From contig CAWHCF010000010.1 in the NCBI GenBank assembly GCA_963827655.1, forward strand, positions 128,001 to 192,000: a DNA stretch of 64,000 bases, in the 5' to 3' direction. A program made the position numbers and the translations under genes. Of the stretch, positions 45,273-55,292 are shown one piece after another; the stretch's first letter is position 1, and every line of letters begins with the position of its first letter. Source of the DNA: an uncultured Acidobacteriota bacterium (GTDB taxonomy: Bacteria > Acidobacteriota > UBA6911). The notes beneath the pieces are model-generated. The model made no database searches and was not told where the DNA came from. It saw only the letters and a list, made by a program, of their open reading frames with translations.

Positions 45273-46277
45273 TCACATCACATCGAAGTAAGTGGACAGT
45301 GCCATCCACTGATTGGCCTCCATTCCGTGAAGCCGCGCGAGTAATTCGTCAATGTCCGTTCGAGAAAGAACCCGGGCAGGAACCCGCGGATTCAGCGGCA
45401 TCCAGTCGAGCCCCAGCGGATGATCGGTGAGGACGGCCAGGAGATGCTCGCGTCCCGGCTTGCCCGTCACCACAAACGATTGGTAAGTGGATCCCGGCCG
45501 AGGCAAATAGCTGCGGCCGGCCTTGAATCGGGTGTCGGGCGCAAACCACGACGGACAGAGACAATAGATCTGGCCGCTCGTGCCCTCGTTCAGAAGCAGG
45601 AGGTCGCCTTCGCGTTCTGATTCAATGGCCAGACAGACGCGGTCGCCCGGGCGGAAGCCATGTTGCGCTTCCTCCTGCGGAGCGCCCAGGTCGCGCAGTA
45701 TGGGACGCGCGGCGCCGCGGCTTGCCGCCCCTGCGGGAACCGGCCAGATGCGGTCGGTGAATCTCGCAATCGATCTCAGGCCTTCGATCCCGTGCGCCAG
45801 GGGTTGCGGTTGAGCAACCGGCTTTGTGCCGGCGAGGTCAACCCTGGTTCGGCAATCGACGCCGGCGAGCTCGAGCGATTGCAGGACCTGAGGCAGCCAC
45901 TGCTCGGCGGCGCGATCGATGACTTCGATCCATTGCCAGCCTTCCAGCCAGTACTCGATCTGTTCGGGAAGGTTGATCGGGTCCAGCAGAATCGGCAGGT
46001 ACGGACGCTCGTACTTCCAGGCAAGCTGAATCTCCTGTTTGACGTTGCGTGAGCGCATCGAAGCGTCAGTCGTCATGAGCATCAGCACCTTGCAGTTCTT
46101 GATACCGCGAACGATTTCGGGGCCGTAGTTGAGACCTCCGGCAATCTTGTTGCGATCAAGCCAAAGCTTCACGCCGGCCTCTTCCAGCTGACCGGCGATT
46201 CTGATCACCCGTTCGCGGTCGCGGCTGGAGTAGCTTATGAAGACTTCGGCGTCATCGACTGAGACGGGTTGCTTCAT
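45273..46277 (-). CDS. TIR domain protein fused to a C-terminal DUF4384-like domain
   Basis: TIR: VFISYSSRD, LWLDR, SRNVKQE (catalytic Glu position), LPILLD. C-terminal FRPGDRVCLAIESEREGDLLLLNEGTSGQIYCLCPS...GKPGREHLLAV fits the DUF4384 pattern. Confidence 0.85.
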   Translation of the reverse strand: MKQPVSVDDAEVFISYSSRDRERVIRIAGQLEEAGVKLWLDRNKIAGGLNYGPEIVRGIKNCKVLMLMTTDASMRSRNVKQEIQLAWKYERPYLPILLDPINLPEQIEYWLEGWQWIEVIDRAAEQWLPQVLQSLELAGVDCRTRVDLAGTKPVAQPQPLAHGIEGLRSIARFTDRIWPVPAGAASRGAARPILRDLGAPQEEAQHGFRPGDRVCLAIESEREGDLLLLNEGTSGQIYCLCPSWFAPDTRFKAGRSYLPRPGSTYQSFVVTGKPGREHLLAVLTDHPLGLDWMPLNPRVPARVLSRTDIDELLARLHGMEANQWMALSTYFDVM

Positions 46278-46321
46278 GGCTCAACGGGAATCAATAGAAC
46301 CGAATCGTAAAAGCAATCAAA

Positions 46322-46414
46322 GTGTCTTGGTGTTTCTTCGTGACTTGGTGTCTTTGTGGTTAGAGCTGTCAAACAAATACCACGAAGACTCAAAGACACG
46401 AAGAAACACCAGGA
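46322..46414. repeat. Largest inverted copy of the ~9-bp-unit intergenic repeat
   Basis: cttggtgtttcttcgtgacttggtgtctttgtggt pairs with accacgaagactcaaagacacgaagaaacaccagg. Confidence 0.85.
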
Positions 46415-46427
46415 ATCGTGCGCCAGC

Positions 46428-47934
46428 TCATAGCCGGTGAAGCCATTCGCGCAGTGCAGGGTAAAGCTCCCGATAGAGTGGAAATCGTTTAGCGTAGAAG
46501 CGGGACCGCCTGGGATTCGGCCGGTAGGTGCGTTCGATCCGCGAGATCCTCAAAGCTGCCTCGCGCGCATTGGGGTAGACCCCAATGGCCGTACCCGCAA
46601 GAATCGCGGCCCCGAGGCACACCGCTTCCGGGACGCGCATCGCCGAGACGGGTTTGCCGAGCAGGTCGGCCTTGAGCTGCATCCAGAACGCAGACTTGGC
46701 GCCGCCTCCGGTTGCGCGAAAGGCGCTGATCGAAGCTCCGCACTCGCGCAGCACCTGGACGTTGAGCGCCATCTCATAGGTGATCCCCTCCAGGATGGCG
46801 CGAATGATTTCCCCCTTGGTGGTAGAGAGTCTCAGACCTGCCAGGACGCCTTTCGATTGGGTATCAAAGTGAGGCGTGCCGGTCGAGGTGAAATGAGGAA
46901 GCAGCAGGAGGTCCGTCGGCTCTTTTGCCGCCTGGGCGATCAGCAGGGCGTAGACGTCCCGGCCGGTTTCCCGGGCGCGCGCCGTCTCTTCCGCTCCCAA
47001 AACGTCGCGGTACCACCGGAGCAGCGAGCCCCCCGAGAAATTGAACGTGAGCGCCACGTAGAGGCCCGTGACGACATGGGGGTAACAAGCGATGTTGTTC
47101 TCGAGAAGTTGCGGATGAATGACGCGCGTTCCAAGCGCCGGCGTGATGCATTCTACGGTGCCGGTCGCGTACAAGCCGACGTTGGGCTCCGACCACTCCC
47201 GCGCCGAGCGCGCCACACGGCTGGTCGTGGCCACCGGTGACGATCGCGACGCCGCGCGGGAGGCCGAAGGACCGCGCCGCCTTCGATCCAAGCTCTCCGA
47301 TTGCGGTCCCCGGGGGGTAGACGCGAGCCAGGCGTTCCGGGGCGATTCCCGCGATATTCAGCATCTTCGGGGACCAGTCGACGTGATCGACGTCCAGGAG
47401 CATTGTCCGGGAAGCCAGGGAGGAATCGATGGCGGGCTCGAGGCCTAGCCGGTAAAAGAGAAGATCCGAGTAGCACAGGAAGTAATGCGCCTTGCGGAAA
47501 ACGTCGCGCCGCTCTTTCTTCCACCACAGAATCTTGCTGGCGGTGTACATGCCGTGGAGCGGCATCCCGGTAATTTCGAAAATTTGCTGGCGCGGGATCC
47601 GCTCCTCCCACCACGCCACCCATGGAGCCGTGCGGGCATCGAACGTCACGATGGCGTTGTGCAGGAATTGGCCGTTGCGGCCGACGGGCGTAACGGCCTC
47701 GCCTTGGGCCGCGACGGAGAGCGCGCGAATCGGATCCTTTCGAGTCGCTGCCGCAACCTCGCGGATAACCTCGCGTGCCGCCCTCATGACACGGGCGCTA
47801 TCGAGTTCGATCCAGCCCGGGCGAGGAAAATGAAGCGGGTACTCCCGGTAGGCCGACGCCAGAATCCGGCCCTCTTCGTCGAAGGCGACTGCTTTGCAGC
47901 CCGTGGTGCCGATGTCGATTCCAAGTAGACTCAT
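46428..47934 (-). CDS. FGGY-family carbohydrate kinase (xylulokinase-like; +1 indel near 47190)
   Basis: LGIDIGTTGCK, GGHDQ. After the indel: ATGT, RAILEG, TGGGAKS..WMQLKAD, LGAAILAG. Confidence 0.9.
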
Positions 47935-47989
47935 TTTCTTTGGTGGTTTGCGTCCTTGCGGTAAAGTGTGCCGCCAAGCTGCGAAGGCG

Positions 47990-48017
47990 ACTTTAGCAAG
48001 GATACGTTCCTTGTCAA
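47990..48017 (-). promoter_or_regulatory. Sigma70-type promoter for the FGGY kinase
   Basis: TTGACA-N16-TAAAGT with TG extension. Confidence 0.5.
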
Positions 48018-48155
48018 TCCTGTCCGGCGAGTCAAAACAACATCCACCACAAAGACGCGAAGACGCAAGGGTCGTGGTATATACTACCCGGTTGATCCAC
48101 AGGGTTCGTGCTTCGTGTCTTAGTGATAATTTGATTCAAGAAAGCCAGGTCCAAA

Positions 48156-49643
48156 ATGAAGAACAAACTTCGATTCGTTGTTGGGATCGTACTGCTGGCC
48201 GGAGCGGTTGACGTTCTCCGAAGTCAGCCCGAGCCTGGATTCGCGCCTCTTTTCAATGGCAAAGATCTCTCGGGATGGGACGGCAATCCCAAGTTCTGGT
48301 CGGTCCGAGACGGAGTCATCACAGGCCAGACAACCGTCGAGAGCCCGACCCAGGGTAACACCTTCCTGATCTGGAAGAACGGCACGGTTGAGGATTTTGA
48401 GCTTCGGCTCTCGTATCGAATCGTAGGGGGCAACTCGGGGATCCAGTATCGCAGCAAGGATCTGGGCAACTGGGTGGTCGGAGGTTACCAGGCAGATTTC
48501 GAAGCAGGCAAGACGTACTCGGGAATTCTGTACGAGGAAAAGGGCCGCGGCATTCTGGCCAAGCGCGGCGAGAAGACCGTGATCGACTCCGCGGGCAAGG
48601 TAGGGGTAGTCGGCGCTGTCGGCGATCCGGCTGAATTGCAGGCAGTCATCAAGCATGAAGACTGGAACGATTATGTGATCGTGGCCCAGGGCAATCACCT
48701 GGTGCACAAAATCAATGGCCGCGTGACCGCGGATGTGACCGACGACCAGGCTGACAAGCGAGCGATGTCCGGCATTCTCGCACTCCAACTTCACGCCGGG
48801 CCGCCCATGACGGTCCAGTTCAAAGAAGTTCGTCTGAAGCGCCTGAAGTCGGAAAAAACCAAGAAGATTGCGCTGGTGGCGGGCACCCCCAGCCACGCTG
48901 CTCTGGCGCACGAATTCAATGCCGGCGTTACTCTACTGAAAAAGTGCCTGGACGGTGTGCCGGGCGTTCAAGCCAGCGCTTACCTCAACGGCTGGCCGCG
49001 CGATCCGACTGCTTTCGATGGTGCCGATACGATCTTGCTTTACATGGATGGGGGCTCCAAACATCCCCTGATCCAGCCCGAGCGCCTGGCTCAGTTTTCC
49101 GAGTTGATGAAGAAGGGGGTGGGGCTTGCCTGCGCGCACTACGCTGTTGAAGTTCCGAAGGAGCAGGGAGGGCCCGAGCTCTTGAAATGGATCGGCGGAT
49201 TCTACGAACGCGACTACTCGATCAACCCGCACTGGACCGCGGAGATCAAGACATTACCCAAGCATCCGATCACCAGAGGCGTCGCAGCGTTCACGCTGCG
49301 CGATGAATGGTACTTCAATATGCGGTTTGCGCCCTCAAGCGCCGCCCTGGTCCCAATTCTGAAAGCCACCCCTCCCGATGATACTCGGCGCACGGCGGCG
49401 GCCAAGGAGCATCCCGGGCGTGAAGAAGTAGTCGCATGGGCTTTCGAGCGGCCCGATGGCGGCCGCGGTTTTGGTTTCACGGGAGGGCATTTCCACATCA
49501 ATTGGGGCGATGACAACTTCCGCAAGCTGGTGCTGAATGCGCTGCTCTGGACGGCAAAAATGGAAGTTCCGGCTGCCGGCGTGAGCTCCAGGGTCACGGA
49601 AGACGAACTGAAGCAGAATCTCGACCCTAAACCGCCGCAATAG
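48156..49643 (+). CDS. Secreted DUF1080 (3-keto-disaccharide hydrolase-like) plus ThuA-like fusion
   Basis: LFNGKDLSGW, GNSGIQYRS, GYQAD, WNDY, GILALQLH; then GLACAHYA, DEWY, GGRGFGFTGGH. Confidence 0.88.
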   Translation: MKNKLRFVVGIVLLAGAVDVLRSQPEPGFAPLFNGKDLSGWDGNPKFWSVRDGVITGQTTVESPTQGNTFLIWKNGTVEDFELRLSYRIVGGNSGIQYRSKDLGNWVVGGYQADFEAGKTYSGILYEEKGRGILAKRGEKTVIDSAGKVGVVGAVGDPAELQAVIKHEDWNDYVIVAQGNHLVHKINGRVTADVTDDQADKRAMSGILALQLHAGPPMTVQFKEVRLKRLKSEKTKKIALVAGTPSHAALAHEFNAGVTLLKKCLDGVPGVQASAYLNGWPRDPTAFDGADTILLYMDGGSKHPLIQPERLAQFSELMKKGVGLACAHYAVEVPKEQGGPELLKWIGGFYERDYSINPHWTAEIKTLPKHPITRGVAAFTLRDEWYFNMRFAPSSAALVPILKATPPDDTRRTAAAKEHPGREEVVAWAFERPDGGRGFGFTGGHFHINWGDDNFRKLVLNALLWTAKMEVPAAGVSSRVTEDELKQNLDPKPPQ

Positions 49644-49649
49644 TACGCG

Positions 49650-50564
<915 letters not shown>

Positions 50565-50632
50565 TCAGGATTCCTCATCAAAAAAGGCGGTGGTGCGGCG
50601 CAATAAACCCACCGCTAAGACGCGAAGAAACG

Positions 50633-51799
50633 CTAAGAGCCTTTGCGCGTGTCCTTCTTGTGCTGCAGCGAGACCCACTTCTGGGATCGCGCGGATTCGA
50701 GAACCGCGTCGCAAACCCGCTGGGTCTCCAGAGCGTCGCGGAAGGTTGGCCGCGCCGGCTCGCCTCTATCCAGCCCGGCGATGAAGTCTGCCAGCGCATT
50801 GATGAAGGTGTGTTCGTAGCCGATCACGCAGCCTGGTACCCACCACTTCTTCATGTAAGGGTGCTCGAAAGCAGTCACCAGAATGGTTCGCCAGCCCTGA
50901 AGATAGGCCGGGTCGTCGTGACTGAAGTACTGAAGTTGGTGCATGTCTTCCAGATCAAAGTAGAGAGAACCCTTCTCGCCGTTAATCTCGAACGAATTCT
51001 TGTTCTTGCGTCCGCGGGCATACCGGGTCGCCTCGAAAGTGCCATTGGATCCGTTGGCGAACCTGGCAAGAAAGGTGCAAACGTCGTCGATCTCGACCTT
51101 TTTTTTCTTTCCCGGCTGGTCCTGTACGGGCCGTTCCTTGATAAAGATCTCGGTCATGCCGCACACGGTAGCAAAGGCCCCGTTGAGCCAGATGGCGGTA
51201 TCGATGTTATGAGACGAAAGATCGCCCGAAACACCAGACCCGGCCACGTCCTTATCGAGACGCCAGAGCGTCCTTCCCCCCAGAGGGACATCCGCGCTGA
51301 TCGTCCAATCCTGGAGATAGGTGGCCCGGTAGTGAAAGGTGTTGCCGATGCGGCCGTCATCAATCATCTGTCGCGCCAGCGTAATAGCCGGCACACGCCT
51401 GTAGTTGAACCAGACCATGTTCGGTACGCCGGCCTTTTCGACTGCATCGGTCATCTTTTGCCCCTCGGAAGCATTCATCGCCAGGGGCTTCTCGCATAAC
51501 ACCATCTTTCCTTTTGCGGCCGCCGCCAGAGCGATCTCGCAATGGGTGTTGTTGGGACTGCAGATATCGATCGCATCGATGTCTTTTCGGTCCACGAGTC
51601 TCTGCCAATCGGTTTCGGTGGACTCCCATCCCCAGTTAGCCGCAAATTTCTCGAGCTCGGCCTCATTTCGGGCGCAGACCGCTTTGAGAGCGGGCTTGTG
51701 GCCGAGCTCAAAAAACTGGTTCACCTTGCGATAGGCGTTCGAATGGGCACGGCCCATGAAGCCGTACCCGATCATTCCGATGTTGAGCGTCTTGGCCAT
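50633..51799 (-). CDS. Gfo/Idh/MocA NAD-dependent oxidoreductase (levoglucosan-dehydrogenase-like subfamily)
   Basis: [38 protein letters not shown]. Confidence 0.9.
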   Translation of the reverse strand: MAKTLNIGMIGYGFMGRAHSNAYRKVNQFFELGHKPALKAVCARNEAELEKFAANWGWESTETDWQRLVDRKDIDAIDICSPNNTHCEIALAAAAKGKMVLCEKPLAMNASEGQKMTDAVEKAGVPNMVWFNYRRVPAITLARQMIDDGRIGNTFHYRATYLQDWTISADVPLGGRTLWRLDKDVAGSGVSGDLSSHNIDTAIWLNGAFATVCGMTEIFIKERPVQDQPGKKKKVEIDDVCTFLARFANGSNGTFEATRYARGRKNKNSFEINGEKGSLYFDLEDMHQLQYFSHDDPAYLQGWRTILVTAFEHPYMKKWWVPGCVIGYEHTFINALADFIAGLDRGEPARPTFRDALETQRVCDAVLESARSQKWVSLQHKKDTRKGS

Positions 51800-51856
51800 C
51801 GACTTTCCTCGCGCGAACAAAAATCAACCACGAAGACGCAAAGACACGAAGAAATC

Positions 51857-52780
51857 TTAGCGACGACTTCCTTCCTGCTTTGCAGTGCCGTACTTCTGGT
51901 TCAACTCATCCACGGCTTTCTTCGCTCTCTCGGTCCCTGGCCAGGCGTCGGGCCAAAAACAAAGGTCGACGGTCCACCAGTCGTGAGGAACGCCGGAACG
52001 GTTCAGCTCAGGCAGGATAGAGCTGAAATCGACCTTGCCTTCGCCAAACGGCGTGTGAGTGCTGGTCTCGTTATCGTGCAGGGTGCCGTCAGAGTCGATT
52101 AACTGGATGTGATTGATCTTGCCCTGCAGCTTTTGTGCCAGCTCCAGGATTCCCCCTTTGAGGGTTTCTTTCGGAGCATGCTGGCGCGCACCGACGACGG
52201 CCACCATGTAGGCATGGCAGGTGTCGTACATCGCGCCGAAGTTCGGGTGATTGACCTCGTCGATGATACGCAAGATCTCCGAGGGTTTGTTAAAGGCGAA
52301 CCCCGGTTCGAACTCCCAGGAAAGATTAATCCCCAGGTCAGCAGCCTCGGCGGCGCAACGCTTCCAGGTCTTGACTACGCGCTGCCGCGCCGTTTCCGGA
52401 TCCATTTCGGCGAGGATGGTTGGAGGTTGAACCGTATCGACCCGGAAGGTCTTGATTCCCAGATCATGCGTGAACTTGAGGCACTTGCGAAAAGCTTCAA
52501 GGTAGGCCGTGTTGTCGTCGGCATTGATGAGTTTTTGACTCCAAAGATCGGCGGCGATGCCGGAGAAATTCAAACCGGCGTCCTTCATGGTTTGAAGAAC
52601 CTTCTGGCGTCCCTCCGCCGTCGGTGTGTTGTCCGGGTTGGGATGGGGATTGAAGGCTCCGAGTTCCAACCCATCGAATTTCAGACCGCTAAGCTTCCGG
52701 ACAACTTCATCAAAGGGAACCGGCTTGTCTTTGTATGGTCCGATGGTATACGCCCAAGTTCCGATAGAGATCTTTTTCAT
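51857..52780 (-). CDS. Sugar phosphate isomerase/epimerase (AP-endonuclease-2 TIM barrel)
   Basis: FDGLEL, WEFEPG, YDTCH, HIQLID, HTPFGEG.VDF. Confidence 0.88.
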   Translation of the reverse strand: MKKISIGTWAYTIGPYKDKPVPFDEVVRKLSGLKFDGLELGAFNPHPNPDNTPTAEGRQKVLQTMKDAGLNFSGIAADLWSQKLINADDNTAYLEAFRKCLKFTHDLGIKTFRVDTVQPPTILAEMDPETARQRVVKTWKRCAAEAADLGINLSWEFEPGFAFNKPSEILRIIDEVNHPNFGAMYDTCHAYMVAVVGARQHAPKETLKGGILELAQKLQGKINHIQLIDSDGTLHDNETSTHTPFGEGKVDFSSILPELNRSGVPHDWWTVDLCFWPDAWPGTERAKKAVDELNQKYGTAKQEGSRR

Positions 52781-52876
52781 CTCGCCCTCTCCTGATCGAT
52801 AGACTGCCTTGCGGACTGCGGCGAGCGCGTGACAACCCCACCGCCAGGACGCGAAAGAATCCGAACAAGACCATGC

Positions 52877-54109
52877 TCATGACTTCTTGTGGTCCCCGAC
52901 TTCCGGGGCATCCGGACATGCATCCGGTCCGAAGTAGCGCAGGGTTACCAGCGGCTCGGAACCGGTATTCTCGAAAGTCACACCCTGGACGGCCGCCTCG
53001 TGTGACACAAAGACTTCGTCTTCTGTGAGCTCGCCGAACCGTATCATCGCCGGGGTGTCAAGCCGCATGGCGCCGATGCGCCCGGAACCCTGGACTGCGA
53101 TGAGGCCGTAGGCTCCGCCATCCTGAATTGCGCATTTAACACCCGGTTGCAGGGTTAATTCCTTGGCCGAAAAAAGTTGTTTCCCCCGGACGGTTCCGTA
53201 GATGATCCAGCGGTCGATCCAACCCTCGCTCTCGGATCGGGCGGCCGGAATTGGTTCCAGATAGTGATGATCCTTGAAATGGGTGTCCGTGTTCCGCTGC
53301 CAATCGAGTTGCTCGACCAGATAATCCAGATCGTGGTGTTTGGATTTGGGCACGTCTTTGACCAGTAGATCCCACGAGACGCAGCGCCCTTCGACCATCG
53401 ATTGGTACATGGCGAAAACATCGCTTCCCCACTGGGGCTCATAGGTCAGGATCGAGCCGGGGGCATGCAAGACGCGCGGCGGAACGAGCCAGCCGGTTCC
53501 CGGTTTGCAGCGGTAGGCCTTCGAGTAATCGAGGATGCCGTTGTCCCCTTTATTCCAGGTTTCGAGGCAACGGCGAATATCCTCTTTGGTTGTTCCCGGC
53601 TCCAGGCCAAAGTAAGTGTGGGGGAACGAATTGCCGCTACTGTTCAGTTGCGGAGGGAAGTAATACGACTCCGGCTTGCCCTGACGGCCGAGAAGTCTGG
53701 CCTGCTCATCGTCTTGATGCATATGGTGCGGGATCGGTCCGAGATTATCGAAGAACTTCGAATAGACCGGCCAGCGCTTGTACTCATCCCACATCCTCTT
53801 GCCGATCAGCCGGCGTCCTTCGACACCAATTGCTTCACGAAGGGTGAAGCGATTCTTCCCGGAAATCACATAGCTCAGACCCTCGTCGGGCTCGCGGTTT
53901 TCGTTAGCGGCCTCGGTCGTCGAGGCCAGCCAGCGCTCGTCGATTCCGCCACGGTGAGCGCCCATCGCATAGTAGTCGTCGGGATGAAGCTTCAATCGGC
54001 GACCCGGCATCAGGAAGGAACGCGGCACCCAGGCGGGTGCCAGGCGCAGAATCCCTTCCCCCGACTCGAGGGCCTGGGCGATTTGCGAATCCTTGGATCG
54101 TTTCGGCAT
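52877..54109 (-). CDS. Cupin protein resembling class I mannose-6-phosphate isomerase
   Basis: Metal-ligand-like motifs PHHMHQ, KPESYYF, LHAPGS, YEPQ..SD. Start uncertain (54109 or 54136). Confidence 0.65.
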   Translation of the reverse strand: MPKRSKDSQIAQALESGEGILRLAPAWVPRSFLMPGRRLKLHPDDYYAMGAHRGGIDERWLASTTEAANENREPDEGLSYVISGKNRFTLREAIGVEGRRLIGKRMWDEYKRWPVYSKFFDNLGPIPHHMHQDDEQARLLGRQGKPESYYFPPQLNSSGNSFPHTYFGLEPGTTKEDIRRCLETWNKGDNGILDYSKAYRCKPGTGWLVPPRVLHAPGSILTYEPQWGSDVFAMYQSMVEGRCVSWDLLVKDVPKSKHHDLDYLVEQLDWQRNTDTHFKDHHYLEPIPAARSESEGWIDRWIIYGTVRGKQLFSAKELTLQPGVKCAIQDGGAYGLIAVQGSGRIGAMRLDTPAMIRFGELTEDEVFVSHEAAVQGVTFENTGSEPLVTLRYFGPDACPDAPEVGDHKKS

Positions 54110-54275
54110 GGTTGCCGCTTTCTGCTTATGTCTCACAGCCAGGACCTCGCGGGTTATATGGTGATGCGCATGAAAAGGGCCTCCTGAACTCTTGGACAGC
54201 GCCTTATAGCAAAGGTCGATGACCCTTGGCAAGAAGTAGACGCGCCGCCCCATTCCTGACCGCGAAGGCCCGGCG

Positions 54276-55175
54276 CTACCGGCGGCGCAGTTCGTCCAGT
54301 TCCTCAAGATTGCGAGGCCAGTCGCTCTTTAACAAGCGCGACAGCGCGCGATCCGCCAGTAGCCTTCCCCCGGTTTGACAGGTTGGGCAGTAATTGGTTT
54401 CGTTTTCTGCGTACACGATTCTCTGGACGGGAGAGCCACAGGCAGGACAGGGCAAGCGATAGCGGCCGTGGACGGCCATACCCTCCCGGAAAGCGGTCAC
54501 CTTCTCCGGAAAACCTTCTCCGGCGTCGTGGCGGAGCCGCGCAATCCATTCGGTCAAGGTTTCGCGCACAGCCGAGTAGAGCCGCGCAATTTCGTCGGGC
54601 TTGAGCTGATCCGTCCGCTTGAGCGGGGAGAGCCGGGCTCTGTGCAGGATCTCATCGGAGTAGGCGTTTCCGATGCCGCTGAAGAGTCTCGGGTCCGTCA
54701 GTGCCCGCTTGAGCGTGTGGACCTCGCGTGTAAGCGCGGCGCGGAAGTCGGGCTGGCCGGCTTCGAGCACCTCCAGACCGCCGCGATCGTGTTCGAGCAT
54801 CGCCTCTTCCCCGCACACAAGATAGAGCGAGGCGCGCCGCTTTGTCCCCGCCTCGGTGAGTAGAAGTGTGCCGGTGGGAAATTCAAACGCGGCCAGCCCC
54901 ACTTTCCCCGGAATCTTCGCTTCCCGCGGGCGCCAGCGCAGCCGGCCGGCGATCATCAAGTGAAGGATCAGAAACAGCTCCGCTTCAAGCCGAAAAACGA
55001 TTCTTTTACCCAGGCGCTGGAGTCCGAGAACCTTCTTGCCGTGCGCTTCCTGGAGTGTGGGTTCGAAGGAGCGAACCAGAAACGGACTCGCGACCCGGAT
55101 GGTTTCGAGCGGCTGGCCGATGATTCGCGGTTGCAGGCACTCAATATAGACTGCAACGTCGGGAAGTTCCGGCAT
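54276..55175 (-). CDS. Fpg/Nei family DNA glycosylase/AP lyase
   Basis: MPELP, RLGKR, HLMIAG, GIGNAYSDE, zinc finger CPAC..CPTCQ. Confidence 0.92.
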   Translation of the reverse strand: MPELPDVAVYIECLQPRIIGQPLETIRVASPFLVRSFEPTLQEAHGKKVLGLQRLGKRIVFRLEAELFLILHLMIAGRLRWRPREAKIPGKVGLAAFEFPTGTLLLTEAGTKRRASLYLVCGEEAMLEHDRGGLEVLEAGQPDFRAALTREVHTLKRALTDPRLFSGIGNAYSDEILHRARLSPLKRTDQLKPDEIARLYSAVRETLTEWIARLRHDAGEGFPEKVTAFREGMAVHGRYRLPCPACGSPVQRIVYAENETNYCPTCQTGGRLLADRALSRLLKSDWPRNLEELDELRRR

Positions 55176-55292
55176 TGAACTACCTTACCACGAAGGCGCA
55201 AAGACCCGAGAACCCCGTAGCAAAAGGTTTTTATTGCCGATTGAGGCGAAAAAATTCAAAATCGCAGGTAAACACTGAAAGAGGAGTTCTTC

